Below, piece after piece: positions 11,901 to 26,900 of a stretch of DNA of 64,000 bases. Under the pieces are notes generated by a model, which was not told where the DNA came from, searched no databases, and saw only the letters and a program-made list of their open reading frames with translations. The position numbers and the translations under genes are program-made. Source of the stretch: Mytilus trossulus. Its lineage: Eukaryota. Position 1 is the stretch's first letter; each line of letters begins with the position of its first letter. Location: assembly GCF_036588685.1 (NCBI RefSeq), contig NC_086380.1, positions 34,658,001-34,722,000 of the forward strand, read 5' to 3'.

Positions 11901-14900
11901 AATGATGGTTACAGAGACCTTGACTTACATTTATTTGGTTCGTTCAATTTTCATAAAACTTTGATAAAATATTGATTTTGACCCACTTGACATAAATATA
12001 AAACAATACTTACGTCACACACTTAATATAATAATTTTCAATGGATATATATCAGTTTGACAATCGTTAGTCTTGATCATTGAGAAGCTGTACGTTTCGT
12101 CCCCGAGGGAATCACCAGCCCAGTAGTCAACACTTTGGTGTTGACATGAATATCAATAATGTGGTCATTTTTATAAATTTCCTGTTTTAAAAACTTTTAT
12201 TTCGAAAAACTAAGGATTTTCTTATCCCAGGCATAGATTACTATAGCCGTATTTGGCACACCTTTTTGGAATTTGGATCCTCAATGCTCTTTAACTTTGT
12301 ACTTGCTTTGCTTTATACATAATTTGATATGAACGTCACTGATGAGTCTTATGAAGACGAAACGCGCGTCTGGCGTACTTAATTCTAATTATAATCCTGG
12401 TACCTTTGATAACTATTTACTTAACAATAGAACGTTATTAACACCTTCAGATGATATTTACTTAGTAATCTCACTGTTGTGTTATGTACATTCTTAAATA
12501 AAGGCAACAGTTGTATACTGTCATAAATCGAGAAAGCAAAAAACAAAGTCCGGGTCACAAACCAAAACCGAGGAACATTCATGAACTATAACAGGAAAAC
12601 AATGGAACAACAGTAAAAGATAACTAATACAAAATCAAACGCCAAAAAAACCCATAGATAACGGCAACAGTAGTATACCAGTGTTCAAAATTCATAATTC
12701 GATCAAAAGAAAACAAAACCGGGTTACAAATGATACCAAAGGAAACACATCAACCATAAGAGGAAAACAACGAAACAAAAATAACACCAAAGTGCAACAA
12801 AACAGAAAGGAACTATTTGGTTACAACTTAAGTGATTAAGCGATTGCTTTATTTGTTTCAGCATACTTATTCGATACTTATTTTCTATCTTTGATAAGTT
12901 TGGAAAATAAACACAAGTGTCATTTCATATGTTTTTCATAACCGACATGATATTTAAAATGTGTTCTTAAATTAATTGTTTTTCTTAGTATCTTTTTTTC
13001 ATTGAAGGCATCTTTACTCATTTATGTTTAAATGTTTAAAGACGTTTATTGTTGTTCTGTTTATATCCTTGGATAGCTGATGTGTTGTTCCCTTCGGTTT
13101 TAATTTGTATTTTGTTTTCGTTTAATCGCTCTATTGATTAGCTATATACTACTTTTGTCCTTATATATGTGAAATTTAATTGTGATATTACTGACTGATT
13201 TGCTCCGATTTCTTTTAGCGTGCTTCGTGTCGTGGCGAAGAAAATTAATCATGTGTTGAATAACATTAACGGTACCAATTTTTCTGCACCAGATGCGCAT
13301 CTCGACAATGCATGTCTCTTTAATTTTTATTCTCCATGTGAACCAAGGCAACCCCTATAAACACTTCAGGTGAGCACTCTATCTATACAACGGAAACCGT
13401 TCAAGATAATATACAAAATTTGTTGTTTTTTTTTGTTTCGTTTATTACTTATTTTCTTTTAGCGTTATTATATATTATATATGATTTATAGATTTATTTT
13501 TGTTCCTTGAAAAAAACATAAAAGACTACTGTCAATTATAAAGAAATGTCGAGTAGAAAGAAAAACGTACGTCAGTAATTTGATATGTTGTCAATGACGT
13601 CTAATATAAGCCTCTTATAATGACACAAAATATTGTCAACAAAAATAATAAACTCCACGCCAAATTCATAAGGGAGAAGATCTTGTAGAATAAGAGTAAA
13701 ATAGCTTCTCTTGTGTGCTATTTACTGTTTGCAATAATGCAGAAAACCACCAAATATCTAAGGTTAACATTAGAGCAATAAAATTGCAGACGGTTGCCAC
13801 AAAAGGTCATACAAAGTTTAAGACTGTGGTAAATCCAAACTAAAATATAGAAATGACATTAATAATTGTTCCTTTATTAAGTGCAATCAATGAAAATTAA
13901 TGAACATGAAATTTTATATTTTCCTGTTTGTTGTTTGATATTTGAAGAGATGGAATTAAAAGAACTAAACCCAAAGGAACATTTAATCAGCAATGTTGAA
14001 TGGCGATGTAAAGCAATCATTAAACTATCAATAATTGAGTCGTTCTTCCAATCTTTTCAACGCACCCGGTCTCGCTACCGTTGGATTTTGTCCTGTCCCT
14101 CAGTATTTGTGCGTTAACTCGATTTGTCGTCTAAGTTGATACATGAGATTCAAACACTAGTTAACTAGTGTTGCCTAAATGGCTTCCATAAAAATATACG
14201 CCGGTTAGTTAGTTTTATTAATCTATCCCATTTCTAATCGTCACTAAAGTACTCAGTATTAAAACACCTATATGCTTAAACCGGTGTAAATATTAACATT
14301 TTTTACATTTTTAATGTGTATTTGTGTTTTAATGATATGAATATTTCTATTACAGCTGAGTCCGTTTGCTTTAATTTAAGTATAAAACATACTCCAGATT
14401 TTTCAAAAATATGTTTGACATAAAAGAAAGTAATTGCTATTTATTTACGAACCATTTCGAATTCTTTAAACATTATTATCCTATTACAAAAAGTTGCTTG
14501 AAAAAAAATGTACCGTATATTTCTTTACTACTAACTTTTGTTTCGAATTAACACGAGTATAATCTTCTAATGGTATATGGTTTTATTTTAAAGTTATTGT
14601 ATTGGCGGTTAGAGGCGAAACCCTGAGAGAAATAATGCTCTTGGCAAATCAAATGGGAATGACGAATGGAGATTATCAATTCATATGTATTTACTACTAC
14701 TCCCAACGAAACATATTTGGCGATATATCTTGGAAAATGGTAAGCATAATATTCTCTTGTTATCAATTTTTTTAATTTTTTTTTTTAATATTTTTTATTT
14801 TTCATAAATTCAAACATCCTTTTAAATGTATTGTAAAAACTAGATTTCTGTACTTTTACGAACAAACCCATCAAAGTAACCAGAATAAAAATTAGGTACC

Positions 14901-17900
14901 CCAGCCGCGCATTTGGTTCAAAAAAAGAACTATCCGCAAGAGTGGCGAAAGATTGTAAAGGGACTTTCAAATTCAAAAATAAACATCGCCATGGCTTACA
15001 TAAACAACAGAAAACACCACATAGAAAACTAAAGACTGAGCAGCAACCAAATCCTGCCAAGAATTTGGGGTAATATCAAGTGCTTTAGAAGGACAAGCAT
15101 ATCCTGCCCCACATGTACCATCCGTCGTATTATCGTTTTTCAGAAAGATTTTTGTTATTTTTACATTAGAATGAATATTCAGTTTCATAAATGAATTGTA
15201 TAGACTTCACACCAGATTTAGAAATTTACTAAATTATTTGAATGTTTTTATAAATCCGTTATACTAGGTTTTGATCCTGAATCGTAAACCGTATTTGTGA
15301 TGTTTTACTAGCGTCTGGTTTGAACCATGTGTTCTTGAATACCTAACAAAAATCGTTGACATTTATATATGAAAAAAGTGTGATTGCATAAATGTATTAT
15401 TTGATGACGATTTTTTTTGTTCGCGTATTTTAAGCCATTTAGATAACATTAGAATTCATTCGTCTATTAATGAAAAATAAACACAATAATAAACAGCCGT
15501 TAGGTATTGTCCGTACCAAATAGAAAAAAAGCAATGTACAACAGATAAAATAGAAAACATTGACAATACAAACTTAAATAAAATACTCAAGATACAGCAA
15601 GCGAACAAGTTTCGATCTTATCACCTACGAGTAGCATTCGTATAACCACACCACTATCAAAATAAGCTACGAAGTATACTTTTGTCTTCAGGAATGGCTG
15701 TAATATTTTCTCTCTATGAAGAAATAACATTAAAAAAAAAATGGTGCACACCGAATAACGCGCGCAGCGGGTTACTTAACAGTGTGCACCACATTTTTTA
15801 TGTTATTTCGAATAGACAGAAAAATATTACAGTCATAGTTTAATTCTAAATTCCATTTTAAACTGTAGAAAACCATGAAAAAAACGTTGATGACGTCACG
15901 TTCACATGACTAAATAATGTCTATTGGCTGATAACAAAACAACGTCAACCAATCAGAAGACGCGATAATCCAAAATTAAATTATTTCAGAATAACAGTGA
16001 CGATTCTATTGTTAAAGAGGCTTACAAAAGTGTTATTTTTGTGTCTTACTACACTCCGATGACGTATGAATACACACAGTTTATAGAAAAGGTCAAACAG
16101 AGATCACACGATATATTCAATTATACATATGCAGAGGACGAAGAAGTAAGTTCATATTTATTCTACTCAGGATATTTTTTATGTAGAACATATGTTCCAG
16201 ACCATGTATGTATTTGGACCACACGCGTATGGCCATGTATATATAGGTATATACTCATATGGTCCAACACGCGTGTATTGTCCGAGTAGGGAATTTCATG
16301 AATGTTGAAAAGTTACTTTAATGAAACTTGCATAAGTATGATCCTTTCAGGATATTGAACCTCTTTCTTTTTTATATCATACTTTAAGTGTATAAATCCA
16401 TTTTATATCAATATTTCAATTTTTTTTTAGTTATTTAAAGAGTTTTAACTAGTATTATAAATACGATCTTACAATAACAATAGATAATACATCTTAAAAT
16501 AACAATAGATAATACATCTTACAAAAACAATAGATAATACATCTTAAAATAACAATAGATAATACATCTTACAATAACAATAGATAAAACTTGGTATCTA
16601 TCTATTCTTATGTGGTAATAAGATTAAAAGGGTAATTTATATTTCTCACTTTAATTGTGAGATCGTATAAATGATTTAGGAACAACATCACAACATTTTA
16701 AGAAAATAAGTTGAAATAAAAAGAATTAAAGAAATGAACAAAAAACGCATGAGGTTTAACTAACGTATGGGAAGGTACCCATCATACAGACGCTTTAAAT
16801 GGACTTTAGTGAAGACAGGATTACAGATGCATAAAAAACAGCCATTATTTCAATATCAAGGATTTCACTTAATAATGTTTGCCGATTTCGATTCGAAGAA
16901 CAAGCTGTGTGTTTTTGCGACGGAAAAACCATTATGGTCTAAATATTCAATTGGTCCGTTAATAATGGAACGATTATATACTTATGCGGTCCGACAATAC
17001 CCGTATGGTCGTACCTTATGAATATACACATATGGTCATGTCAATCACGTATTGTCACATATCTATATGGTACGGAACTTCTACAACAGTAGTTTTACGT
17101 TTCGAATAGTCTTTCAACACATTACTAAACTATTGATATTACCATTCATGTTTCTTATTTTTAGAATAACATAAACCTCAATTGCATATGCATATGTGGT
17201 AACTATCTCTCGTATGACTCAACATCCAGAAAACAAAGGATAAGACGACACATCGAAACAAAACTCTTCTATTTTTATTATTTCTGATAAAAGTTGCATA
17301 TAAAATTTGTAAAACGGAGAATTAAGGTTTCATTTTACAAACAATGTTGCCGTACATGAGTTTTGCTTCTTTGATGTCCCTTTAAGCCGACTTATATAAC
17401 TCTTCGTGTGTTTTCGGTTTTGATCGTTGGTTGCACGTTCCTATCAAATGTAATTCAAAAAATCGTTTAGCTGCACGAAACTTATAGAATGTCATTGTTT
17501 TTAATTTATGTACATGTACATTTAGCAAGACTTATTGCTGGTTATTTGAAAGGCATGCAAAAAGAGATTAATTACCATACAGCTGTTTTTTTTCAATAAC
17601 AGAAGTGTGTGATAAACATTTAATAAAGTGTGAAAAACTTCGAATGAATATTAGATATATATTTTTTTATGATGTTAGTTCACCTGACCTGACGGTCCAG
17701 TTTTAGCTTTGCCATCACTTGCCGTCCTTGGTCTATCATCGTTATTCATTGGCATCGTCGTCCATCATCAGTTAACTTTACAAAGGTTCTCTGAAACTAC
17801 TGGCCAAATTAAACAAAGTTTGTCACAATCATCAATGGGTATTTAGCTTAAAAATTGTATCCGATAATCATGGCTGATATATAGGTTAAACTAAAAGATG

Positions 17901-20900
17901 GGGTTAAATAGATATAAGAAGATGTGGTATGAGTGCCAATGAGACAACTCTCTATTCAAATGCATATTTTTCTTTTATCTTTAGAAAGAGAAATATGACA
18001 AGTGGATAAATGTTCAGAATGATGATATATATCTGATTAATGGTTAGACGGCTTTTAATAGGAGTTATTGCCCCTAACCGACAAATATACCATTTCCCCC
18101 CATTTTAACCATTTGTCCCTAAAGTTATTATAGATAGACATACCCTGTTACTACATTGTAGCAACAGTGCTCAGAATAACAAGATCTACAAATAAGCAAA
18201 TATTATCGGAAGCGTCAGTTAACACTTCATTAGAGTATATTTGACGAGTTTTGGTTTTTTTTTCATTTTTGCCGTATATCTCCATGATAATGATAAATAG
18301 ACAGAAACTTTAAATACTAGTAGTAAATTGAAGTGAAAGTCATGCAAGATATAAAAGAATCGAAATATGCTTTCGACATCGCAAATAAGAGTTGTCCTCA
18401 AATGACGATTTTGCCCAAATTATGCATTTTTACCATTATTTTTTAAACTATTCAAGATACAATGTATATAGAAACTCTTAATAGCAAAAGAGATAAGCAG
18501 GATCAGGCCTACAAGAAATTAGAATTATCGAAATCTTTTGTCGACCCATGATGGATTTATTGGTATTTAATGATAATTGTTTACATCTTTTGCGTTTTTC
18601 CCTATTATCGTTAAATCTATAAAAGAAAAATGATAACTCTAAAAACTCTGGTCAGCAGGATACAATTTTTAACATATGATAAATGCGTCAACATGACTGA
18701 AATTGTCATTTCGGTCTGAATATTATCCCATTTACTGATGACTATTACTACTACTTAAAAAAGGCCACTGATGACGATGTAGGTGAGCGATACAAGCTCA
18801 TAAGTTCCACTAGTAAAAAGATCTTTTAAATATTCCATACTACAATTTTAAACTCATATTAACAGGTGCCCTATCCTGCTGCGAATTTATACGAAGCAAT
18901 GTATGGATTTGCTCTCTCTTTGAACCTAACACTTAGTAATAACACGGATATACATGATGGAGAAACAATAGCTCGTCGTCTTTGGGGAAACCAGTACCAA
19001 AGTAAGTGTTAAATACTTCAAATCACAAAGGGAATCATCAAACACTAAAAACATACGGATAGACAACGGCATGAAGAACAGTCAGGTTAGAAAGGAAACA
19101 ATGGCGTATCATTTATAAAATTGTACGCTACTATAAACTGGGTTTAACTTAAACAGACAATTGCATAGTCCATACAGTCAGGAAAAAAAAAGAATAACAA
19201 TACACGGAAACCACCAATTGACAACTGTAAACCAAGGTTGAACTTATATGCCCTGATAAGCGATTTCTGACTTTTGATGTTACAATAAAAAGTTAATAAC
19301 ATAAGACTAGATAGGTAAACGACTACAGGGTTATATTTACAAAAGTGCATTGTCAAAACTCTGATTGGTCAACCATATAGCCATCTCGGGATTATGACTG
19401 GTGTACTACATCACTAAAATCACTAAGAAATGTAGGCTGTTGGCAATAAAATTGTGTGCTAGATAATATAGAAAGGAGCCCGGCATATTATTTTGTGAAA
19501 TCTAACATTGCATTGGTCAAATTTGACAATGCATTGGTGAAATCTAATAAAAGAAACATTTTGATGATGAAAAAGTCGGAAAAAATATCAAATAATTTTG
19601 CATTAGAAACGAAGGTAAATCAAGGTTTTTCAATTGTTGAACAACACTAAAACTAAAATTTTACGACACGGAAAATAGTCAAAACATATTTAACACTTGA
19701 TTGAATAAGACAATAAATATATTGCGTCTAATTGCATTTCAGTTTTACTTATTTAGATATGCGATATTCGTGCAGATTAATGCACTCTGGTAAGGTATTG
19801 GAAAAAATAAAATCACACAAATACTGAACTTAGACGAAAATCAATTCGGAAAGTCCATAATCACATGGCAAATTGAAATAACAAAACGCATCAGAAACGA
19901 ATGGGCAAGAACTGTCATATTCCTGACTTGGTACAGGCATTTTTAAATGTAGAAAATGGTGGATTAAACCTAGTTTTATAGCGCTAACCCTCTCACTTTG
20001 ATAAAAGTCTCATCTAATTGCGCTATATTTACATGGATGTGTTAACTAAACAGACACAATTAATAAAACAGTCAAAATATGGGTTCATCAGTCATCATGG
20101 GACTATCGATTTACATCAAACATTATTGAATTTTGAATTTTACAGCTGTAACTGGAAATATAACACTGAATAGCAATGGCGACAGACAACAAGGTTACAA
20201 GTTTGAGCAAATTGGTGACGATGACAACTTTACCTTAACAGTAGGTTCACATACAAGCTCTTTTATTCTTAATAACATGAATCATTAAGGTATATAATGA
20301 ACGTACTGTAAGTAGATAATTCCCTTCAGGTAAAAAAAGAGACTTGAAAGAATGATAAATGTTTCAGATGACATTTGTTTTACATTAAATTATTAACTTT
20401 TGTTTAGCGTAAACAGTATTTATGTCAGCTTCACATGTTCTTACCTAGCTTGTTATGCACATCGTAGATATAAGATTAGGAAATTACGTACTAGATAAAA
20501 ATACATTATACCGAAGTGTATTTGATGCATTCATTGCGAATATCCAACATTTATGTCTGGTCAGTGGTGTTCAGAACCTTATAGAGAAAATCCAAAAAAT
20601 ATCCACAAGTTGTATATGAAGATCCAGTGCATACGGGTGTAGTTGGTTATCCATGTAAAATGATTTCAACATAAGGTACATGTAAAATCTATATGTCAAA
20701 AAAGTACATTTTGCAAAAGTCATACTTGTACGGTATTTGTGTTGTTTTACTTTATTTTCTTGCAGATTATTACTATGAAATATTTAACCAAACTATAAAA
20801 GATAAACAGTGTTCAAGTCACATATTTAACATGATAATCAGTTTAAGTTATGTGTATGGCGCTGTTGGTTGGTGCAGTGACGTGTACAATATGTGTTAGA

Positions 20901-23900
20901 ATTTTTTCCATCCCTTTTATGTATTGTAAATATTTCCGTCCAATTAAACACATTAACATTTATTTCTTTTCTATATTGTTAATATTTTCGTACAATTTAT
21001 ACTAATTAAAAATTTGTCTTTTCACAAGGTAGTTGGATATTACTTCAGCGTTGATGGACAATTTACGGAAAATGACGAAGATCCAATAAAATGGATAAAT
21101 TCGGTACCTCCAAAGGACCACCCACCCTGTGGTTTTTATGGTGAATACTGTGCTAAAGGTACTTAAAACTATGTAAAAAAAAAACAAGAATTCAAATTCA
21201 ATTATTTTCATATAATTGCAGCATTCAACTGGTTGTGAGATCTTTCCAGAGTTTTTTCATCCCTATTTTGTTCAATTTTGTCGTTATAATTCAGGTATTG
21301 TTGATTGATGATTGTTTCTTCGACCTTTTCCTTTTGACACAAGCCTTGTCTATCCTTTTTGACTGATAGTTCCGGTTCCTCATTCACCACCCTTTATTTT
21401 TAATATAGATAGTTTATATTGCAATCTTTGTAATCAGACAGAAATGTTGACCAATTATATTAATAATTTGTATCTCAGTAACAAAAATAATGATTTTGTT
21501 TTTCTAAGGAACGAATAACTTATATTTAATGTTACGTGACAATTGTTCGAAACAGGTGTTAATATGCTTTCACTTAACTTAATACAATGTACTTGGATTG
21601 AATGTTGTATAGTTTTCTGCATAATAATAATTAATTTTCGTTAGCAAATAGAGCTTATTGGATTTTTGCGATATAATAATCCAGAAAACAATATGCATGA
21701 TACAGCATATTATAAAATATATTTTGGGATTTTACCAATGTATGTATGAAAAAATCTATTTGTATCGATATTCTAAAGATATACAATGACATTATAAGTA
21801 ATTGTCGTTTTGATAATGATAATACACAGAATATAATTCGTATGCTTCTACAGAACCACTAATTGCTATTAATACGTACAATATATATAAAACAAATGAT
21901 ATGTGCTTATTTCTGATTTCTTATACCTATGTATGTTCTCTCACATTTAGTGGAAGAAGTTAGTGAACAGTTCTGATTTTGTTTCCTTCAATTTTTTTAT
22001 TTGTGTATGATATCTTTTTTCGGGTAAAAAGGTTAGAGATTATAACGCCTTATTTTTTCAGGATTATCCCAACAGTCAATCATTCAAATCATCACAGGTT
22101 GTTTTATTGCTGTTGTGTTGTTGATTATTTGTTTGAGTATAATCATACAGAAAGTTGTAGCTAGGTAAGAATACAATAAACTACACAGATTGATACTTTC
22201 AGTTTTGAAATAAAACAGATGTTACCTGAAGATCTACCATAAAAAATGGCTTTTACTATGGAAAATACGTATGACTGTTCGATTTACTTTTCACAATACC
22301 TTTAGTGTTCTAATATATAGCATACAGGAAATCGAATGCTCTTTTTCCGTGAACTTAGAATCTAATACAAATGCCAATGAATGTGCGTCATATGCTTCTT
22401 TTTACGATTTATGAAACAAAGAGGATAGAGCACTGATTTGCAGGAATGAAATATGAAGTGTCATGTCATGTTTCGTGATAAAAATTAGTTGAAATTGATA
22501 GGTGTAAAGGCATGTACACCATTTATACCTTAGTGTCTATCACATTCTTATTTTTATGACGTCAGACAATTCATTACTATACATATTATATTTCAATAAT
22601 ACACTGTTCACTTAAATTAACTTTACAAAATGTTTGTGCGTCAAAAACGAATGAATCATTTATGGCATGTGACATTGCGTACGGTTCATCAAATAAATAG
22701 CATCGTCCTTGATCCGTAAATGGAAGAACTTAAATAATACTGCTTACATACTTATAACTATAATTCCTTCCTTTTTAGGTTTTTGTTTTATTATTTTCTT
22801 GTTTTCAATTGTACTTAAATTGTGTAGCAGTTTTATTCTTCCTCGTACATTTGGATCACATGTACATTATGCCTTGTATTTTATATCTCATTTCCTAATT
22901 TCGCTATTCATTTTATATGTACACAATCTGTTAACTGTAGGAGTATGACTTTAGGATTTGATAAAGTTTTTTTTTTTTAAAAAGCCAAACAATACCACAG
23001 GAGCAATCAACATTGAGTTTCTAGATTTTCAACTGAAACTCGCCATTTGTATATATTTACATTTTGAATTGGAATCATACAGCTAAAATTTTAGATTTTT
23101 CAAAATATGACATCATAGATTTAGAACTTTAAAATGTTGTCGATTTCAGCGTGTATTTTACTTTATCATAATAATAATAACAATAATAATTAAAATATTT
23201 ATTATTAATTTATTTAACAACGATTGGTACATCATTTCTTGTAAATTTCCATCTATCATAAAAAAAACTGTGTTGTGTTAACATACCTATTAATAAACTC
23301 ATCATAGATACCAGGACTAAATTTAGTCTATACGCCAGACTACAAAAGACTCATCAGTGACGCTCGAATCCCAAAAGGTTAAAAATGCCAAATAAAGTAC
23401 GAAGTTGAAGAGCATTGAGGACCAAAATTCCTAAAAGTTTTGCCAAATACAGCTAAAGTAACCTATGCCTGATGTAGAAAAGCCGTAGTATTGATTTATT
23501 TTTAATCATATGATGTTATAGGAAAATAAAAACCAAAGAAAGTGAAAGTATATGGAGAATAAAAAAGTCTGACTTGTCCATAACCGAACGGTCTATGTGG
23601 TCAATGTCGAGGGTAAGTCTTCTAAAAACTTTATATTTTTTATTTATTTATTAGTTTATATTTATTTAATTATTTATTCAGTGTGTCATTGATTGATTGA
23701 TTGATTGATAGATGGAAGGATTGATTAAATGCTAATTAATTGATTGATTGATCGATTAATATTGAGTGTTAAAAGCTTCACGTGCATCTCGTCAATAGTG
23801 ATAATATTATTTTTTTGTAAAAATATAACACACAAGCACATGTCTTAAAACAGAAACAAAGACAGGACAAATAACAGTCACACGATTAATATACAGTGCT

Positions 23901-26900
23901 AAGACTTTGTAAGACAAATTCAAACAAAAGCTGAAGTTGAAATCAGGTTATCCTGAAAGCTTATAGTGTTGCACCACACGAGGTATCCTTGTTGTTCCTT
24001 ATGGCAATTGAAAGAAACACTTGCAAGATCAAAATTCAACTAGAAAGAAATTTAATACTTTTCCTATGTCATTACATTTACATTCTTTGAAAACAGAAAT
24101 ATTATGTACATTAATATATATATTCTAATACATTAACCTTATTAATGATTTACATATATGGTAACACAAATGATTCAAACAAATATCAACTAGTATACAC
24201 ACTATATTGTAGGTATCAATCCGATCAGACCCCTCAGAGGAAACGGTAGATAACAGAGTCACAAAAACTGCATACCACAAGGTAACTTTATTCTAGCACA
24301 TGAGATCACCACCAGTTTTTTGTGGGGTTTGTGTTGCTAATTCTTTAGTTTTCTATGTTGTGCCTTGTATACTATTATTTTTCTGTTTGTCTTTGTTTTT
24401 AGCCATGAAAATGTCAGTTTATTTCCAATCAATGAGTTTGACTGTCCCTCTGGTATCTTTCGCCCCTCTTCTAAGACATTTTAAGATTTTCAAAAACATG
24501 AAGTCTATGGTTTGATAATAATTTTTATGTTTAAACAATGAATGACTATTTTCTGTACAGTATCATGATTCCAACACGATTTCCAAATTAAAGATATGAA
24601 GAAATCAAAAGAATTTAAGTGTTTTCTAAAGTAGTAACAACCCAGCTTATCATGTAAAGAGGTTTTTAAAACTAATAGACATAACATATTGAACTTTCTC
24701 AGTTAATTGAAGAAAGATTGTCTTTTTGTGTCATTGACTCTTCCTTAAAAGTTGCATTCTATGACTGGATTAAATTGAACAAATTTTGATTGAAACAAAC
24801 GCATAACAGATTGACATACACTTGAATGTCCTTTCTAAGCGCTTATTTGCAATAAGTTCATTACTATATTTTCCGTATGCATAGTGACCCGAGCGTAACC
24901 CTCCTCGTTAAAATCCGGTGACCACATAACGCATGGATCTGTCATTGAAATAAGCAAATATCTGATTATACATGTTAAACACGTGCTCAAAACCCATGCT
25001 TTTTGTGATTTGTTTACTATAAGGTGACAATCGGTTAAACTCGGCTTCAAAACACGGCATTTAATGAGCAGCCATATTTGTTAAATCATAACAAACAAAG
25101 AGAAGAAAAAAATTGACGATTATATGATATATTTGCGAAAATAATGATAAAATCGTGCACAGAGGACTAAGTTTATGATGTATACATGCATTGGTTCAAG
25201 AATTCGACAAACATTATTTTTCACCACGCACTCGTTTCATATGACTTTAAGTATTTTTGTGATTTTACTTTTTTTTTGGTAGAATCAAAAAATATGGTTA
25301 ACAATTTATTTCGGACAGCTTGCAGCTTCCATAAGTCAAAATTTGCGAATTTCTGTTTAGGTGTAATAAACCTTGGTTGATTTTTAAAAAAAATGTACTT
25401 TTTCTCTTTACCGTGTCATGATGTTTGAATCGTACTGTATCTACGTTCTTTGATTGATTCGAAAATAGATCCATCTGGAACGTGATGAGTTAAAAATAAA
25501 AAAAAAAAAAAAAGCGAAACAGATGTCCAGTGACGTTGTACTAATAATAGATGCAAATAACTATCATTGATACCAAGCTAATAATTAAGCGTAGTCTGAC
25601 TCACAATTCGTCTACATACATCACGTTATAACAAGTTTTCTTGATTGGTTTTATTTGAATTGTTATAACGTTGTTATGAAAAGCCTATACAGTAATGACT
25701 GTATTTTTTCATGTTGAATTTTAGGTCCTAAATGCTCTTCAACTTTGTATTTGTTTGGCTTTTTAACTATTTTGATATGAGCGTCTCTGATGAGTCCTAT
25801 GTAGACGAAACGCGCGTCTGGCGTATAAAATCAAATCCTGGTAATTTTGATAACTATTATGGGAATTATGATTTTTGGTCTGTTTGTTCGTTTGTTCGTC
25901 CGTCCATTTGTTCCGCTTCAGGTTAGTTTTTTGTCAAGGTAGTTTTTGATGAACTTAAAGTCCAATCAACTTGACACTCAGTACCCATGTTCCCTATGAT
26001 ATGATCTTTCTAATTGTAATGCCAATTCAGAGTTTTGACCCCAATTTCATGGTCCACTGCCAATATGGAATGATAGTGAGAGTGGGGCATACGTGTACTG
26101 TGGACACAATCTTGTTTACATTGGAAATAAAGTTTCTGTTAATGCCTTGCAATTGTTGCCAATAAAAAGAGTTGCATAAGATACGTGCATGTACTGTAAA
26201 CTTAAGGAACACTTACATCTATAATTATCCTTATCATCATTTGACTGTTTTGTATTTGATAAATAACGATGAAATTTTTAAACGAGTTGCACAGCTACAT
26301 TGAATTTTCGTTTTTTTTCTAGGCCATAGAATATAATTACTTTATAAAAATTATACCAAAACATCTTGTTTTGACCTGTCTTGTGTTCAGGAAAATAATT
26401 ACTCATTCTGTAATCGCCTTACACAGTTAAAATATGCAATATAGAAATATTTTTTTAAATAAATATTGTTTACACACTCACTCTCGGTCGCTCGTCCGAT
26501 CTTGTTTTAGAGCTCGAAACTACAAATGTTCGATTGGGAATGATATTCAACAATTCTTCGTTTCGTATTTCTAATCGGATCATATATAGTATTTGTTATC
26601 ATTAGTTTTTGTCAATGATGACAGTGTGCCAGAATATAATATAATTTGATCTCCACTTTTATTGTTTCTGGTATAACCTGTATCTGTGTGGTAATGAAAT
26701 AAATGATGTTGAAATGATCAGTTTTTTTTAATATTTTTTAGGGTTCTCTTGTATGCATCAGATCTTATACAAAGATGCACTCAGATAAAATGCCGAATTT
26801 TAAAGAATTGCGTCAGGTATTATAAGAGCTTTTAAAACTGAAATATATTATTTGAAAAAAAATAACCATTTTTTATAGTTCTTTCCTCATATGTATAATT

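Noticed and set aside
13219-13320. Candidate for the exon between c and e after TTCTTTTAG
   Set aside because: The required phase hits a stop and the sequence is repeat-like; the true exon is 14594-14739.
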